64,000 bases of DNA from an uncultured Holophagales bacterium (GTDB lineage Bacteria; Acidobacteriota; Thermoanaerobaculia; Multivoradales; UBA5704): contig CAWJGT010000023.1 in the NCBI GenBank assembly GCA_963842525.1, forward strand, positions 352,001 through 416,000, written 5' to 3'. Both the position numbers and the translations under genes were made by a program. Of the stretch, positions 13,139 through 23,112 are shown in pieces. The notes below the pieces were generated by a model. That model saw only the letters and a program-made list of their open reading frames with translations, searched no databases and had not been told where the DNA came from. Each line of letters begins with the position of its first letter. Within the stretch, counting starts at the first letter, position 1.

Positions 13139-14363
13139 CAGTGGCGAGCAACGCCAGGCCAATGCCTGCGGCGCCGGTCAGGAAACCGACGTCCTCCCCC
13201 CAGACCGACGGCCAGTCCTGGCCGGCGACCCGGGCCTCGAGCCCCAGCCGGTACCACAGGCGCGCGGCGTCCGCGAACAGCTCGTTCCCGCCGGCCTGGT
13301 AGATGCGGTTGTACAGGTGGGCGAGCCCGAGAGCGCCGTGGCACAGTCCCGTGGCCTGCACGCCGGCATCTTCCGGCGCGGCGCAGGCCGCATGGGCGGC
13401 GATCGCCAGCGCCATGTCCTCCCACTCTTTCATCCCGACAGCGCGGGCGGCATAAAGAAGGGTCGCAGCAACCCCTGGATCGCCGTAGCACCAGGCGAGC
13501 CGCGAGGGCTTCGCCTCGATGCCTGTGCCGACCCGGGAGGGGTAGCAGGCCCCCTTCTGCCCTGCGAGAGGCTGCAGCGCCAGCCAGCGCACCGCACCGT
13601 CGAGCAGGGGGCGCGCCCGGTCCTGCCGGATTCCCAGGCGGCAGGCGGCGGCCAGCAGGGCGATGATGCCGGGGACGCCGTGCGCCACCCCCAGATCGTA
13701 ATAGCCGTAGGGCGTGTGCTCCCGGCCGGCGCTGGACAGGACCTCGGGGGGCCTGAACCAGGTGACCTCCTGTCCGTTCCTCTCGGCGCTCTCGTCCAGC
13801 CGGTCGACGATGGCCTCCAGGCAGCGTACGGCCGACGGGCGGGGGAAGCGCTCCAGGGCATAGACGCCGAAACCGACGAGCCCGCTCGTGAGGTCGTAGT
13901 CGCCCGCCCAGGAGAGGCGGTCGAGCGCCGTCAGGAGGGCCTGGTCGACCTCCTCGCCCATGTCCTCGTCTTCGACTCCGCTCGCCTCCTCCTCCTGCTC
14001 GTCCTGGCCGTCCAGCAGGCTGCCCAGGTGCTCCGCGGCCCAGGCGACGCCTGTAAAACCGGAGTAGAGGGCCGGGCGGGTCGGGGCCATGGCGAGGGCC
14101 TCGACCGCCTGGTTCAGGCGCTGTCGCGCCCACGCGGCATGGCGTTCGGCCCCCGTGGCACTGAAGAGATAGCCGTGGAAGAGCGCCTGGCCCGCGGCGC
14201 CGCCGCCCAGGGAGACGACGCGGTCCATCCAACCGTCGGCGTGATATTCGCGGGGATCTCCAGGGGACCAGGCCTCTAGGGCCTGGGCGACGGCGTTCAC
14301 CGCCTCCCAGGCCCGGACTGCGAGGTCGCCATCGAGCAACGGGCGCCAGCGGCTCGATTTCAC
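13026..14363 (-). CDS. lanC: Lanthionine synthetase C (LanC) family cyclase
   Basis: LYSGFTG, YDLTSGLVG, GVAHGVPG, AWCYGDPG, GLCHG, GFLTGAAG; Zn-ligand motifs intact. Confidence 0.9.
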   Translation of the reverse strand: MKSSRWRPLLDGDLAVRAWEAVNAVAQALEAWSPGDPREYHADGWMDRVVSLGGGAAGQALFHGYLFSATGAERHAAWARQRLNQAVEALAMAPTRPALYSGFTGVAWAAEHLGSLLDGQDEQEEEASGVEDEDMGEEVDQALLTALDRLSWAGDYDLTSGLVGFGVYALERFPRPSAVRCLEAIVDRLDESAERNGQEVTWFRPPEVLSSAGREHTPYGYYDLGVAHGVPGIIALLAAACRLGIRQDRARPLLDGAVRWLALQPLAGQKGACYPSRVGTGIEAKPSRLAWCYGDPGVAATLLYAARAVGMKEWEDMALAIAAHAACAAPEDAGVQATGLCHGALGLAHLYNRIYQAGGNELFADAARLWYRLGLEARVAGQDWPSVWGEDVGFLTGAAGIGLALLATVTSVEPEWDRLLLVATPPATACAASKAPRRRSARSSS

Positions 14364-14367
14364 AGTC

Positions 14368-14550
14368 CTAATCGCAACAAGCAATGGTCCCCGGAAAGCT
14401 GCAGTCGCAGGTGGCGTAGGCTTGAGTCCAGCCTGGACAAGTATAGCGGCCCTGGGTGGGAGCTGCCCCAACCACTTCCTGCAGATTGCGCTCGGACAGG
14501 TTGCGCAGGGTCTCTCGGTGGAGCTGGAGCTTCTTGACGTTCTTGTTCAT
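14368..14550 (-). CDS. lanA: Lanthipeptide precursor 1 (60 aa)
   Basis: MNKNVKKLQLHRETLRNLSERNLQEVVGA-APTQGRYTCPGWTQAYATCDCSFPGTIACCD; AAGGAG RBS; 4 nt upstream of lanC. Confidence 0.85.
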   Translation of the reverse strand: MNKNVKKLQLHRETLRNLSERNLQEVVGAAPTQGRYTCPGWTQAYATCDCSFPGTIACCD

Positions 14551-14667
14551 GCGGCTCTCCTTCAATAAAGAGTTGTGTGTGCCAGGTTCTCGCCTCAGAC
14601 CAGAAACCGGCCGGGCCGCTTCCTGGCTCACATCTACTGTGGCGTAATCGGCGACGCCCGGCTATCA

Positions 14668-14829
14668 GAGTGGAAGAGCGCCTGGCCCGCGGTGCCGCCG
14701 CCCAGGGAGACGATGCGGTCCATCCAACCGTCGGCGTGCTGTTCGCGGGGATCTCCAGGGGACCAGGCTTCGAGGAGGGCCTGGGAGACGGCGTTCACCG
14801 CCTCCCAGGACCTAGAGGCTCGATTTCAC
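14668..14829 (-). pseudogene. lanC: Duplicated, disrupted 5' fragment of lanC
   Basis: Near-copy of ~14175-14363 (GTGAAATCGAGC...GGCCAGGCGCTCTTCCAC) with a deletion and an early TAG. Confidence 0.85.
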
Positions 14830-14863
14830 GGTCAGCCAGCGCCTCCGCGGAGCGTCGCGCTAC

Positions 14864-15043
14864 TTACCCGCAACAAGCAAAGGTTTCCGGGAGACTGCAG
14901 TCGCAGGTGGCGTAGGCTTGAGTCCAGCCTGGACAAGTTCGGCCCTGGGTTAGAGCTGCCCCGGCCACTTCCTGCAGATTGCGCTCGGACAGGTTGCGCA
15001 GGGTCTCTCGGTGGAGCTGGAGCTTCTTGACGTTCTTGTTCAT
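14864..15043 (-). CDS. lanA: Lanthipeptide precursor 2 (59 aa; absent from the supplied ORF track)
   Basis: Hand translation: MNKNVKKLQLHRETLRNLSERNLQEVAGA-ALTQGRTCPGWTQAYATCDCSLPETFACCG*; GAGGAG RBS. Confidence 0.85.
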   Translation of the reverse strand: MNKNVKKLQLHRETLRNLSERNLQEVAGAALTQGRTCPGWTQAYATCDCSLPETFACCG

Positions 15044-15190
15044 TCGGTTCTCCTCTGCGAAGAGTTGTATGTGCCAGGTCGCACCTCAGGTCAGGAACCG
15101 GCCGAGCCGCGTCCTGGCTCGCGTAGAGTCTGGCGCGACCGGGCGATGCCCGGCTATCAAAAAATTGCTCCGCGGAGGCCTACCGGATGC

Positions 15191-15249
15191 GTCCCCCCTC
15201 TCCCGGCGGGGGGTGGAAGGAAGACGGGAGAGGGGGACAGGGGGTGAGG
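15191..15249. repeat. REP-like palindrome (CCCTCTCCC...GGGAGAGGG family)
   Basis: GTCCCCCCTCTCCCG...CGGGAGAGGGGGAC stem; related copies at 59312, 62927 and partly 63942. Confidence 0.7.
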
Positions 15250-15294
15250 ATACAGGGCGACGCCGACAGCAGGACTTTCGAAAAGCCCCCTTAC

Positions 15295-15708
15295 TTACTC
15301 ACCCTTCTCGCAGTTGACCATCCAAGGCGTGCCGAACCGATCGGTGACCATGCCGAAGCCGCCGACGGCCCAGAAGGTCTTTTCGAACGGCATGATCACC
15401 GTCCCACCCTCCGCCAGCGCATTGAAGGTGCGTTGTGCATCGGCCGACTTCTCGATGTGGATCGACACGAACAGGCCTCGGGGTTTCTCGTACCGGTCCG
15501 GCGGAGCGTCGGACGCCATCAAGGCCTGGTCGCCGACGACGAGGTGGGCATGCATCACCCTGTTGTGCGTCTCGGGCGGCATCTCGGCTGCCATCGGCGA
15601 CTCGCCATAGGTCATCATCATTTCGATCTTGCCGCCGAACACCTGCTCATAGAACCGGAACGCTTCCGCGCACTGGCCTTTGAAGTTGAGATATGGAGTG
15701 AATTTCAT
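15295..15708 (-). CDS. VOC/glyoxalase family protein (PhnB-like)
   Basis: PYLNFKGQCAEAFRFYEQVFGG, VMHAHL, FEKTFWA..FGMVTDRFGTPWMVN. Confidence 0.9.
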   Translation of the reverse strand: MKFTPYLNFKGQCAEAFRFYEQVFGGKIEMMMTYGESPMAAEMPPETHNRVMHAHLVVGDQALMASDAPPDRYEKPRGLFVSIHIEKSADAQRTFNALAEGGTVIMPFEKTFWAVGGFGMVTDRFGTPWMVNCEKGE

Positions 15709-15738
15709 GCTGTCCTCCTTTGGTGGTTTCGAGTGACT

Positions 15739-16035
15739 CTAACCGCCGGCGATGGCAGCTACGATGAGAAAAGGCTCCGCTCCCGTCGCGACTGCCTCGG
15801 GGACCGGGGCGTCCGGCGGCTCATGGGAGAGGTCCTGCTCACAGGCAAAGAACCTTACGAAGGGACGACGACGCAGCGTGCCGTGGTCGCGGATCGTCCC
15901 GCGCAGCACCGGATAGCGGGCTTCGAGAGCATCGAGGATCGAGCGCTGCGTCGCCGGGCCCTCGACCTCCAGCTCCACCTCTTCGCCGGTGCGCGCCAGC
16001 GTCCGCAGATGGGGAGGAATGACGACCCGGATCAT
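15739..16035 (-). CDS. MoaD/ThiS ubiquitin-like protein
   Basis: [14 protein letters not shown]...[10 protein letters not shown]...AIAGG, ending in a C-terminal GG. Confidence 0.85.
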   Translation of the reverse strand: MIRVVIPPHLRTLARTGEEVELEVEGPATQRSILDALEARYPVLRGTIRDHGTLRRRPFVRFFACEQDLSHEPPDAPVPEAVATGAEPFLIVAAIAGG

Positions 16036-17147
16036 GGCAGCGTCTGGACCTCGACGGAGAGGACGGGCGGCAAGTCCCGGACGATCGGAGCCCAGGTGTC
16101 CCCGGCGTTGGACGAGGCATAGACCTGCCCGCCGGTCGTTCCGAAGTAGATGCCGCACGAATCCAGAGCATCGACGGCCATCGCGTCGCGCAGGATGTTG
16201 ACGTAGCAGTCGCTCTGCGGCAGCCCGTTCGTGAGCGCCTCCCACTCGTTTCCGCCCGTCCGGCTGCGGTAGACACGCAGCTTCCCGTCGGGGGGAAAAT
16301 GCTCGGAATCGCTCTTGATCGGGACGACGTAGATGGTCTCGGGCTCGTGCGCGTGGACCGCGATCGGGAAGCCGAAATCGCTCGGCAGGTTGCCGCTGAC
16401 CTCGTGCCACGACTCGCCGGCGTCGTCGCTGCGCATGACGTCCCAGTGCTTCTGCATGAAGAGCACGTCCGGGCGCGACGGGTGCATGGCGAGGCAGTGG
16501 ACGCAGTAGCCGACCTCGGCATCCGGATCGGGAAGCTCGTACCCCATCTTCAGGCCGCGGTTCACCGGCTGCCAGGTCGCCCCGCCGTCGTCGGTCCGGA
16601 ACGCGCCCGCGGCCGAGATGGCGATGAAGATCCGGTCGGGATTTCTCGGATCGAGGAGAATCGTGTGCAGGCACATCCCGCCGGCACCCGGCTGCCAGAG
16701 GTGTCCCTTGGCGCTGCGCAGCCCGGGGAGCTCCTCCCAGGTCTGGCCGCCGTCGACCGACCGGAACAGGGCGGCATCCTCCACCCCTGCGTAGACGGTA
16801 TCCGGATCGGTCAGCGACGGCTCCAGATGCCAGACGCGCTTGAACTCCCAGGGGTGCTGCGTGCCGTCATGCCACTGGTGCGTGCCGGGGACCCCGTCGT
16901 AGGCGAATTTATTGCCGACCGCGTCCCACGTGCTGCCGCCGTCGTGGGAGCGCTGGATGATCTGTCCGGACCAGCCGCTGGACTGCGACGCATACAGCCG
17001 GTCCGGGTCCACGGGAGAGCCCTTGACGTGGTAGACCTCCCAGCCCGCGAAGTGAGGCCCGCTGACGTCCCACCGTTCGCGCTTTCCGTCCGACGTCAGG
17101 ACGAACGCGCCCTTGCGTGTACCAACCAATACCCGTACCCCGCTCAT
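16032..17147 (-). CDS. BNR/Asp-box repeat beta-propeller protein (sialidase-like fold)
   Basis: [10 protein letters not shown] start; repeated RS.DGG.TW Asp-boxes. Confidence 0.85.
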   Translation of the reverse strand: MSGVRVLVGTRKGAFVLTSDGKRERWDVSGPHFAGWEVYHVKGSPVDPDRLYASQSSGWSGQIIQRSHDGGSTWDAVGNKFAYDGVPGTHQWHDGTQHPWEFKRVWHLEPSLTDPDTVYAGVEDAALFRSVDGGQTWEELPGLRSAKGHLWQPGAGGMCLHTILLDPRNPDRIFIAISAAGAFRTDDGGATWQPVNRGLKMGYELPDPDAEVGYCVHCLAMHPSRPDVLFMQKHWDVMRSDDAGESWHEVSGNLPSDFGFPIAVHAHEPETIYVVPIKSDSEHFPPDGKLRVYRSRTGGNEWEALTNGLPQSDCYVNILRDAMAVDALDSCGIYFGTTGGQVYASSNAGDTWAPIVRDLPPVLSVEVQTLP

Positions 17148-17376
17148 CCGTAGCTCCTTTCTACGCTGAAATCCCGCCGGCGAGCATCGCGCCGGGGCAC
17201 AGTCTATCCGAAAGCGGTGTCAGGTCGACGTTGCCATCGACTCATTCGCTCTCGGGGTTCTCAGGTAGCCCGGACGGGGCCTCCGTCCGCTCATGCACCC
17301 CTCGTGTAGTATTGCCTGGGGCGGAGCGCACCCCCCAACGGAAACCGAGGGCATTCTGCTCGCAGGAGGAACCGCG

Positions 17377-18453
17377 ATGGCCAGCGAAGTCTCCGAGACT
17401 CACCACTCGCCGCCCGCGCTCGCCGAGATGCACGTCGTCTGGGTCACGGCCGGCCTCGGATGCGATGGCGATACCATCGCGATGACCGCCGCCACCCAGC
17501 CCAGCCTCGAGGATCTGGTCATGGGCGCGCTGCCCGGTGTCCCGCGGGTCCTGCTGCACAACCCCGTGCTCGCCTACGAGAACGCCGACGAGTTCCTCGC
17601 GATCCTGCGCCGCGCCGCCGACGGGCAGCTCGATCCGTTCATCCTCGTCTTCGAAGGCTCCGTCCCCGACGAGACGCTCGCCGGTGAGGGGTGCTGGGCC
17701 GGCCTCGGCGTCGATCCGCTGACCGGCCAGCCGATCTCGACCTGCTCCTGGATCGACCGCCTGGCGCCCCGCGCCTGGGCGGTGGTCGCGGCCGGGACCT
17801 GCGCGACCTACGGCGGTATTCATGCGATAGCCGGCAATCCCACGGGCTGCCGGGGCCTGCCGGACTACCTCGGCTGGACGTGGAGGTCCAAGGCGGACAT
17901 CCCCATCGTCTGCGTCCCGGGCTGCCCGATCCAGCCGGACAGCTTCATGGAGGTCCTGCTCTACCTGCTGTACCAGGCCGTAGGCTCCGCGCCGATGATC
18001 CCCCTCGACCAGGCGCTGCGCCCCAACTGGCTGTTCACCGAGACGGTTCATGAAGGATGCGATCGCGGCGGGTTCTACGAGCAGGCCGACTTCGCCAAGG
18101 AGTACGGCACCAAACCGTGCATCGTGAAGCTGGGTTGCTGGGGCCCGGTCGTGCAGTGCAACGTCCCCAAGCGCGGCTGGATGAGTGGCATCGGCGGCTG
18201 CCCCAACGTGGGAGGGGTCTGCATCGGCTGCACGATGCCGGGCTTCCCCGACAAGTTCATGCCCTTCATGGACGAGCCGCCTGGGGCTCACATGTCGACT
18301 GCGGCGGTCGTCACCTACGGGCGCACCGTGCGGGCGCTGCGCCAGTTCACTCTCGGCTCGATGAATCGCGAGCCGGAGTGGCGGAGGCCGGGCAACGGGC
18401 CGACGGCAGCCGGCGAAAACCTGGGCGGAGTCAAGGGAAAGCCGGGGAAATAG
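17377..18453 (+). CDS. hhyS: Group 1h [NiFe]-hydrogenase small subunit
   Basis: GLGCDGDT, GTCATYGGIHA, PGCP, HEGCDR..FY, CIVKLGCWGP, CPNVGGVCIGC; no Tat signal. Confidence 0.9.
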   Translation: MASEVSETHHSPPALAEMHVVWVTAGLGCDGDTIAMTAATQPSLEDLVMGALPGVPRVLLHNPVLAYENADEFLAILRRAADGQLDPFILVFEGSVPDETLAGEGCWAGLGVDPLTGQPISTCSWIDRLAPRAWAVVAAGTCATYGGIHAIAGNPTGCRGLPDYLGWTWRSKADIPIVCVPGCPIQPDSFMEVLLYLLYQAVGSAPMIPLDQALRPNWLFTETVHEGCDRGGFYEQADFAKEYGTKPCIVKLGCWGPVVQCNVPKRGWMSGIGGCPNVGGVCIGCTMPGFPDKFMPFMDEPPGAHMSTAAVVTYGRTVRALRQFTLGSMNREPEWRRPGNGPTAAGENLGGVKGKPGK

Positions 18454-20239
18454 ATGCCGGTCGACGGTAGAAACCTGACGGATTTGTCCTGGGATCCGAT
18501 CACCCGGATCATCGGCAGCCTCGGCATCCACACCAAGATCGACTTCGCCAACCGGCAGGTCGTGGAGTGCCGGAGCACCTCCTCGATCTTCCGCGGCTAC
18601 AGCGTCTTCATGCGCGGCAAGGATCCTCGGGACGCCCATTTCATCACCAGCCGGATCTGCGGCATCTGCGGCGACAACCACGCGACCTGCGCGGTCTATG
18701 CCCAGAACATGGCGTTCGGCGTCAATCCGCCCTGGCTCGCCGACTGGATCATCAATTGCGGCGAGGCAGCGGAGTACATGTTCGACCACAACCTCTTCCA
18801 GGACAACCTGGTGGGCGTGGACTTCTGCGAGCAGATGGTACGCGAGACGAACCCGAGCGTGCTCGCCCGCGCCGAGACGACGCCGGCGCCGCACGCTGGG
18901 CGCCACGGCTACCGCACCATCGCCGACATCATGCGTTCCCTCAACCCCTTCAGCGGCCCGCTCTATCGCGAGGCCCTGCAGATGAGCCGCCTGGCTCGCG
19001 AGATGTTCTGCCTGATGGAAGGGCGCCACGTCCACCCCTCCACCCTCTACCCCGGCGGCGTCGGGACGGTGCCGAGCGTGCAGCTCTTCACCGAGTACCT
19101 CGTCCGCCTCATGCGGTACATCGAGTTCCTCAAGCGGATCGTCCCCCTTCACGACGACCTCTTCGACTTCTTCTACGAGGCGCTGCCGGGATATGAGGCG
19201 GTCGGACAGCGGCGGGTGCTCCTCGGCTGCTGGGGCGCCTTCCAGGACCCGGTGGCCTGCGACTTCCGCTACGAGACGATGCCCGCCTGGGGTAGGGCGA
19301 TGTACGTCACGCCCGGGATCGTGGTCGACGGCCAGCTCCTCACCACCGATCTCGTGGAGATCAACCTCGGCATCCGCATCCTGCTGGGCAGCTCCTTCTA
19401 CGACGACTGGCAGGACGGCGAGACGTTCGTGAAGGCCGATCCGCTGGGCAATCCCGTCGACCAGCGCCATCCCTGGAACCAGACGACCCATCCCAAACCG
19501 CAGAAACGCGATTTCGCGGGCCGCTACACCTGGGTGATGTCGCCCCGCTGGTTCGAACGCGCGCTCGCAGTCCTACCTCGCCCTGGACACCGGCGGCGGC
19601 CCGCTGGCGCGGTTCTGGGTCACCGCGCTCGCCGGGCTCGTCGACATCAGCACCGTCAAGGCCACCGGCCATAGCGTCAAGATCCTCCTGCCCAGGACGG
19701 CCTCGCTGCCGGAGACCGAGTTGGAATGGAAGATCCCGCGCTGGGCCAACACTCTTGAGCGGAACCGGGCTCGCACCTACTTCCAGGCCTACGCGGCGGC
19801 GGCGGCCCTCTACTTCGTCGAGCGGGCGATGAAGGAGGTCCATGCCGGCCGTCTGCAGACCTGGAAGGAGTTCCAGGTACCCGAGGAAGGCATCGGCTGC
19901 GGCTTCCACGAGGCGGTGCGGGGATTGCTCTCCCATCACGTGGTCATCCGTAACGGGATCATCGCGAACTATCACCCCTACCCGCCGACCGCCTGGAACG
20001 CCAGCCCCCGCGACTGCTTCGGAGTCCCCGGCCCGTACGAGGACGCCATCCAGAACACCCCGTTGTTCGAGGAAAATGGACCCGAAACCTTCAAAGGAAT
20101 CGATATCATGCGCACGGTGCGCAGCTTCGACCCGTGCATGCCCTGCGGGGTTCACATGTACCTGGGAAACGGCAAGGAGATCGAGGTGCGCCACTCGCCC
20201 ACGTTCGGCATTTCGGCGCCCTCCGTGGAGATTCGATGA
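18454..20239 (+). CDS. hhyL: Group 1h [NiFe]-hydrogenase large subunit, +1 frameshift near 19564
   Basis: L1 SRICGICGDNH and L2 RSFDPCMPCGVH with a cleavable C-terminal tail. Confidence 0.9.
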
Positions 20240-21523
20240 ATCTCGCGTCCGTCGAGCCGATCGCCGATGCCGTCCTCTTCGAAGGCTACCTTCTCTACCC
20301 CTATCGGGCCTCCGCGCTCAAGAACCGCCACCGCTGGATCTTCGGGGTGCTCTGCCCACGGACTGCGAGCGAGGCGCGGGGCGGCCTCGAGCCCTGGACC
20401 CTGCAGAGCGAGTGCCTCCTGGTGGGTAGTGCGGAGACGGAGGTCGAGGCGGTCGTCCGCTTTCTCCACCCGCTCCGCCGCGACCTGGGACGCCTCGGCC
20501 AGCCGGCGGCCGAGCTGCCGGCGACCGGGGCCGACCTCCAGCCGGTGGACTCGCTGCAGGTCGGTGACCGCCTGATCGAAGCCGGCGAGGAAGCCTCTCC
20601 CGCGCGGATCTGCCCTCGACTCCTCCGCCTTCGCGAGCTGGAGGAAGGCTGGGTCCGGCTCCCTTTCGCCTGCGCCGCGCGGCGCGATTTCGAAGCGATC
20701 CGTGACGGAGCGGGTCTGTCGGTGGCAGCATTCGTGCGGGAGCAGGAACGCCTCGAAGGTCTCGTGGAGATTGCAGCGGCGCGCGTCGCCGATGACGTCT
20801 TCAAGCTGACCGTGCGGGTGTTCGAACGTGACGCCGCCGCGCGCGGCGGCGACCGAAGGAGACCGCAAGGTCCTCGATTCGTTCGTCTCGACTCATTGGA
20901 TTCTGGGCGTCCGCGGCGGCGAGCTCGTCTCGCTCCTGGATCCGCCGCCGCCGCTCCGCGCTGCGGCGGAGAGCTGCCGCAACCTCGGGGTCTGGCCGGT
21001 GCTGGTCGGGGCCAGAGGGCGGCGCGACACCGTCCTGTGCTCTCCAATCATCCTCGACGACTACCCCGCGGTCGCGCCGGAGAGCCCGGGAGACTCCTTC
21101 GACGGCACGGAGATCGACGAGCTCCTGACCTTGAGCATCCTGGCGCTCTCCGCGGAGGAGCGGCAGCGCATGGCGGCAGCCGACGAGCGCACGCGCGCCC
21201 TCCTCGAGCGGACGGAGGGGTTGCGGCCGGAGCAGCTCCAGCGGCTCCATGGCACGCTGCGGAGACCTGCCCCGGCTGCCGGCGCCTGGCTCGGCCCCGG
21301 CGACCGGGTCCACCTCCGGCCGCGGGGCCGCGCCGACATCTTCGACCTGGCGCTCGCCGGCCGCCGCGCGACCATCCTCTCGGTCGAGCAGGACGTCGAG
21401 GACCGCGTCTACTACACGGTGACGGTCGACGACGATCCAGGCCGGGATTTGGGAGCGGAAGGCAAGCCCGGTCATCGGTTCTTCTTCGCTCCCGAAGAGG
21501 TCGAGCTCGTGGAGAGCGAATGA
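20236..21523 (+). CDS. Conserved hypothetical protein of group 1h clusters (HhaC-like), frameshift near 20820
   Basis: IADAVLFEGYLLYPYRASALKN, LCSPIILDDYPAVAPESPGDSFDGTEIDELL, DDDPGRDLG...HRFFFAPEEVE. Confidence 0.7.
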
Positions 21524-22002
21524 TGCGCGTCCTGGTCGGCGGCATCGGCAACGTCTTCCTCGGCGACGACGGCTTCGGCGTCGCGGTGGTGGAGCGCCTG
21601 CGCACAGCGCCGCTGCCGCCGGAGGTGGACGTCGTCGACTTCGGCATCCGCGGCGTCGATCTGGCCTACGCGCTGAGCGAGTACGAGGCCGCCATTCTCG
21701 TCGACTGCGTGCGGCAGGGCGGAGCGGCGGGGACGCTCTACGTGCTGGAGCCGGAAGTGCCGGCGGGCACGGCGGGCGTCGCCATGCATGCCATGACGCC
21801 GGAGCGCGTGCTCCAGTGGCTGCCGCCGGGCAGCGCGCCGCCCATCCTGCGCCTCGTCGGCTGCGAACCGGTCGACTTCGGGCCAGAGGGTCTCGGGCGT
21901 GAAGGTCTGTCGGGACCGGTGCTCGCCAGCGTCGAAGAGGCCGTCGGCCTCGTGAAGGGGCTCCTCGACGAGCTGACGCGGGTCGGGGCAGGCCATGCAT
22001 GA
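21520..22002 (+). CDS. Hydrogenase maturation protease
   Basis: VLVGGIGNVFLGDDGFGV, DFGIRGVDLAY, LVGCEP. Confidence 0.9.
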   Translation: MMRVLVGGIGNVFLGDDGFGVAVVERLRTAPLPPEVDVVDFGIRGVDLAYALSEYEAAILVDCVRQGGAAGTLYVLEPEVPAGTAGVAMHAMTPERVLQWLPPGSAPPILRLVGCEPVDFGPEGLGREGLSGPVLASVEEAVGLVKGLLDELTRVGAGHA

Positions 22003-22324
22003 GCTGGCGATCACTCAGGAGATCGTAGCCCTCGTCGCCGAGCGCGCGGGCGAGACCCGGGTCACCCGCATCGTCCTGGAGATCGGCCGATTGTCGGCGG
22101 TGTTGCCGGACGCCGTCCGCTTCTGCTTCGACCTCTGCGCCGAGGGGACGCCGCTCCAGGGCGCGACGCTGGAGGTCATCGAGACGCCCGGACAGGCGCG
22201 CTGCCGGCAATGCGGGGAGACGGTGAGGCTCGAGCGGCCGTTCGGCTGGTGCCGTTGCGGCGGCTCGGACCTCGAATGGCTCAGCGGCGACGAGCTCAAG
22301 ATTCGCGAGATCGAGGTGACCTGA
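21995..22324 (+). CDS. hypA: Nickel chaperone HypA
   Basis: MHELAI start; CxxC...CxCG Zn site. Confidence 0.95.
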   Translation: MHELAITQEIVALVAERAGETRVTRIVLEIGRLSAVLPDAVRFCFDLCAEGTPLQGATLEVIETPGQARCRQCGETVRLERPFGWCRCGGSDLEWLSGDELKIREIEVT

Positions 22325-23112
22325 TGTGCACCACCTGCGGCTGCTCCGGCCACACCCACGAGCCTCACGACGACGATCATGGACGCCATCCCCACGCGCC
22401 GCACGAGCACGGCCCTGAGCACGCTCATCAACACGAGCACGCTCCGCCGGCCGCCACCGTGATCCGCCTCGAGCAGCAGATCCTGGCCCGCAACGACGAG
22501 CAGGCAGAGCGCAATCGCCGCCGGCTCGCCGCGCAGCGGGTTCTGGCCCTCAACCTGATGAGCGCTCCTGGAGCGGGAAAGACCACCCTCCTCGAGCGCA
22601 CGGTGCGCGAGCTGGGCGGCAGCCTCCCCTTGCAGGTGATCGAGGGAGACCAGGCGACAGATTACGACGCCCGCCGCCTGCGAGAGACCGGCTGCCCGGT
22701 GGTGCAGCTCAACACCGGGACCGGCTGCCACCTCGACGCCAGCATGGTGGACCGCGGCCTGCACCACCTCCCGCTCGCCGACGGCTCGATCCTGGTCATC
22801 GAAAACATCGGCAACCTGGTCTGTCCGGCCTTGTTCGACCTCGGCGAGCACGCGCGCGTGGTGGTCGCGGCCGTGACCGACGGGGACGATAAGCCGGTCA
22901 AGTACCCCCACATGTTCCGCGCCGCCACCCTGGTCGTGCTCAACAAGATGGACCTGCTGCCCTACGTCGCCTTCGACCTCGACCGCTTCCAGGCGTTCGC
23001 CCGGCAGATCAATCCGGGAGTCACGGTGCTTCCGCTCTCGGCCAGCCGTGGCGACGGCGTCGACGCCTGGATCGGCTGGCTCCGCGAGCAAGCTCGGAAT
23101 GGCGCCGCGTGA
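22324..23112 (+). CDS. hypB: Nickel-incorporation GTPase HypB
   Basis: MCTTCGC, His-rich tract, SAPGAGKTTLLE, GCHLDA, ENIGNLVCPA, NKMDL. Confidence 0.95.
   Translation: MCTTCGCSGHTHEPHDDDHGRHPHAPHEHGPEHAHQHEHAPPAATVIRLEQQILARNDEQAERNRRRLAAQRVLALNLMSAPGAGKTTLLERTVRELGGSLPLQVIEGDQATDYDARRLRETGCPVVQLNTGTGCHLDASMVDRGLHHLPLADGSILVIENIGNLVCPALFDLGEHARVVVAAVTDGDDKPVKYPHMFRAATLVVLNKMDLLPYVAFDLDRFQAFARQINPGVTVLPLSASRGDGVDAWIGWLREQARNGAA

Noticed and set aside
19550-19580. Programmed frameshift or split gene in hhyL (likewise hypE, the kinase, ECF and NACHT genes)
   Set aside because: No slippery motif; single-base indels are scattered through the window, consistent with sequencing error.
20130-20160. 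Selenocysteine ([NiFeSe]) hydrogenase
   Set aside because: The L2 motif is DPCMPCGVH with TGC codons.
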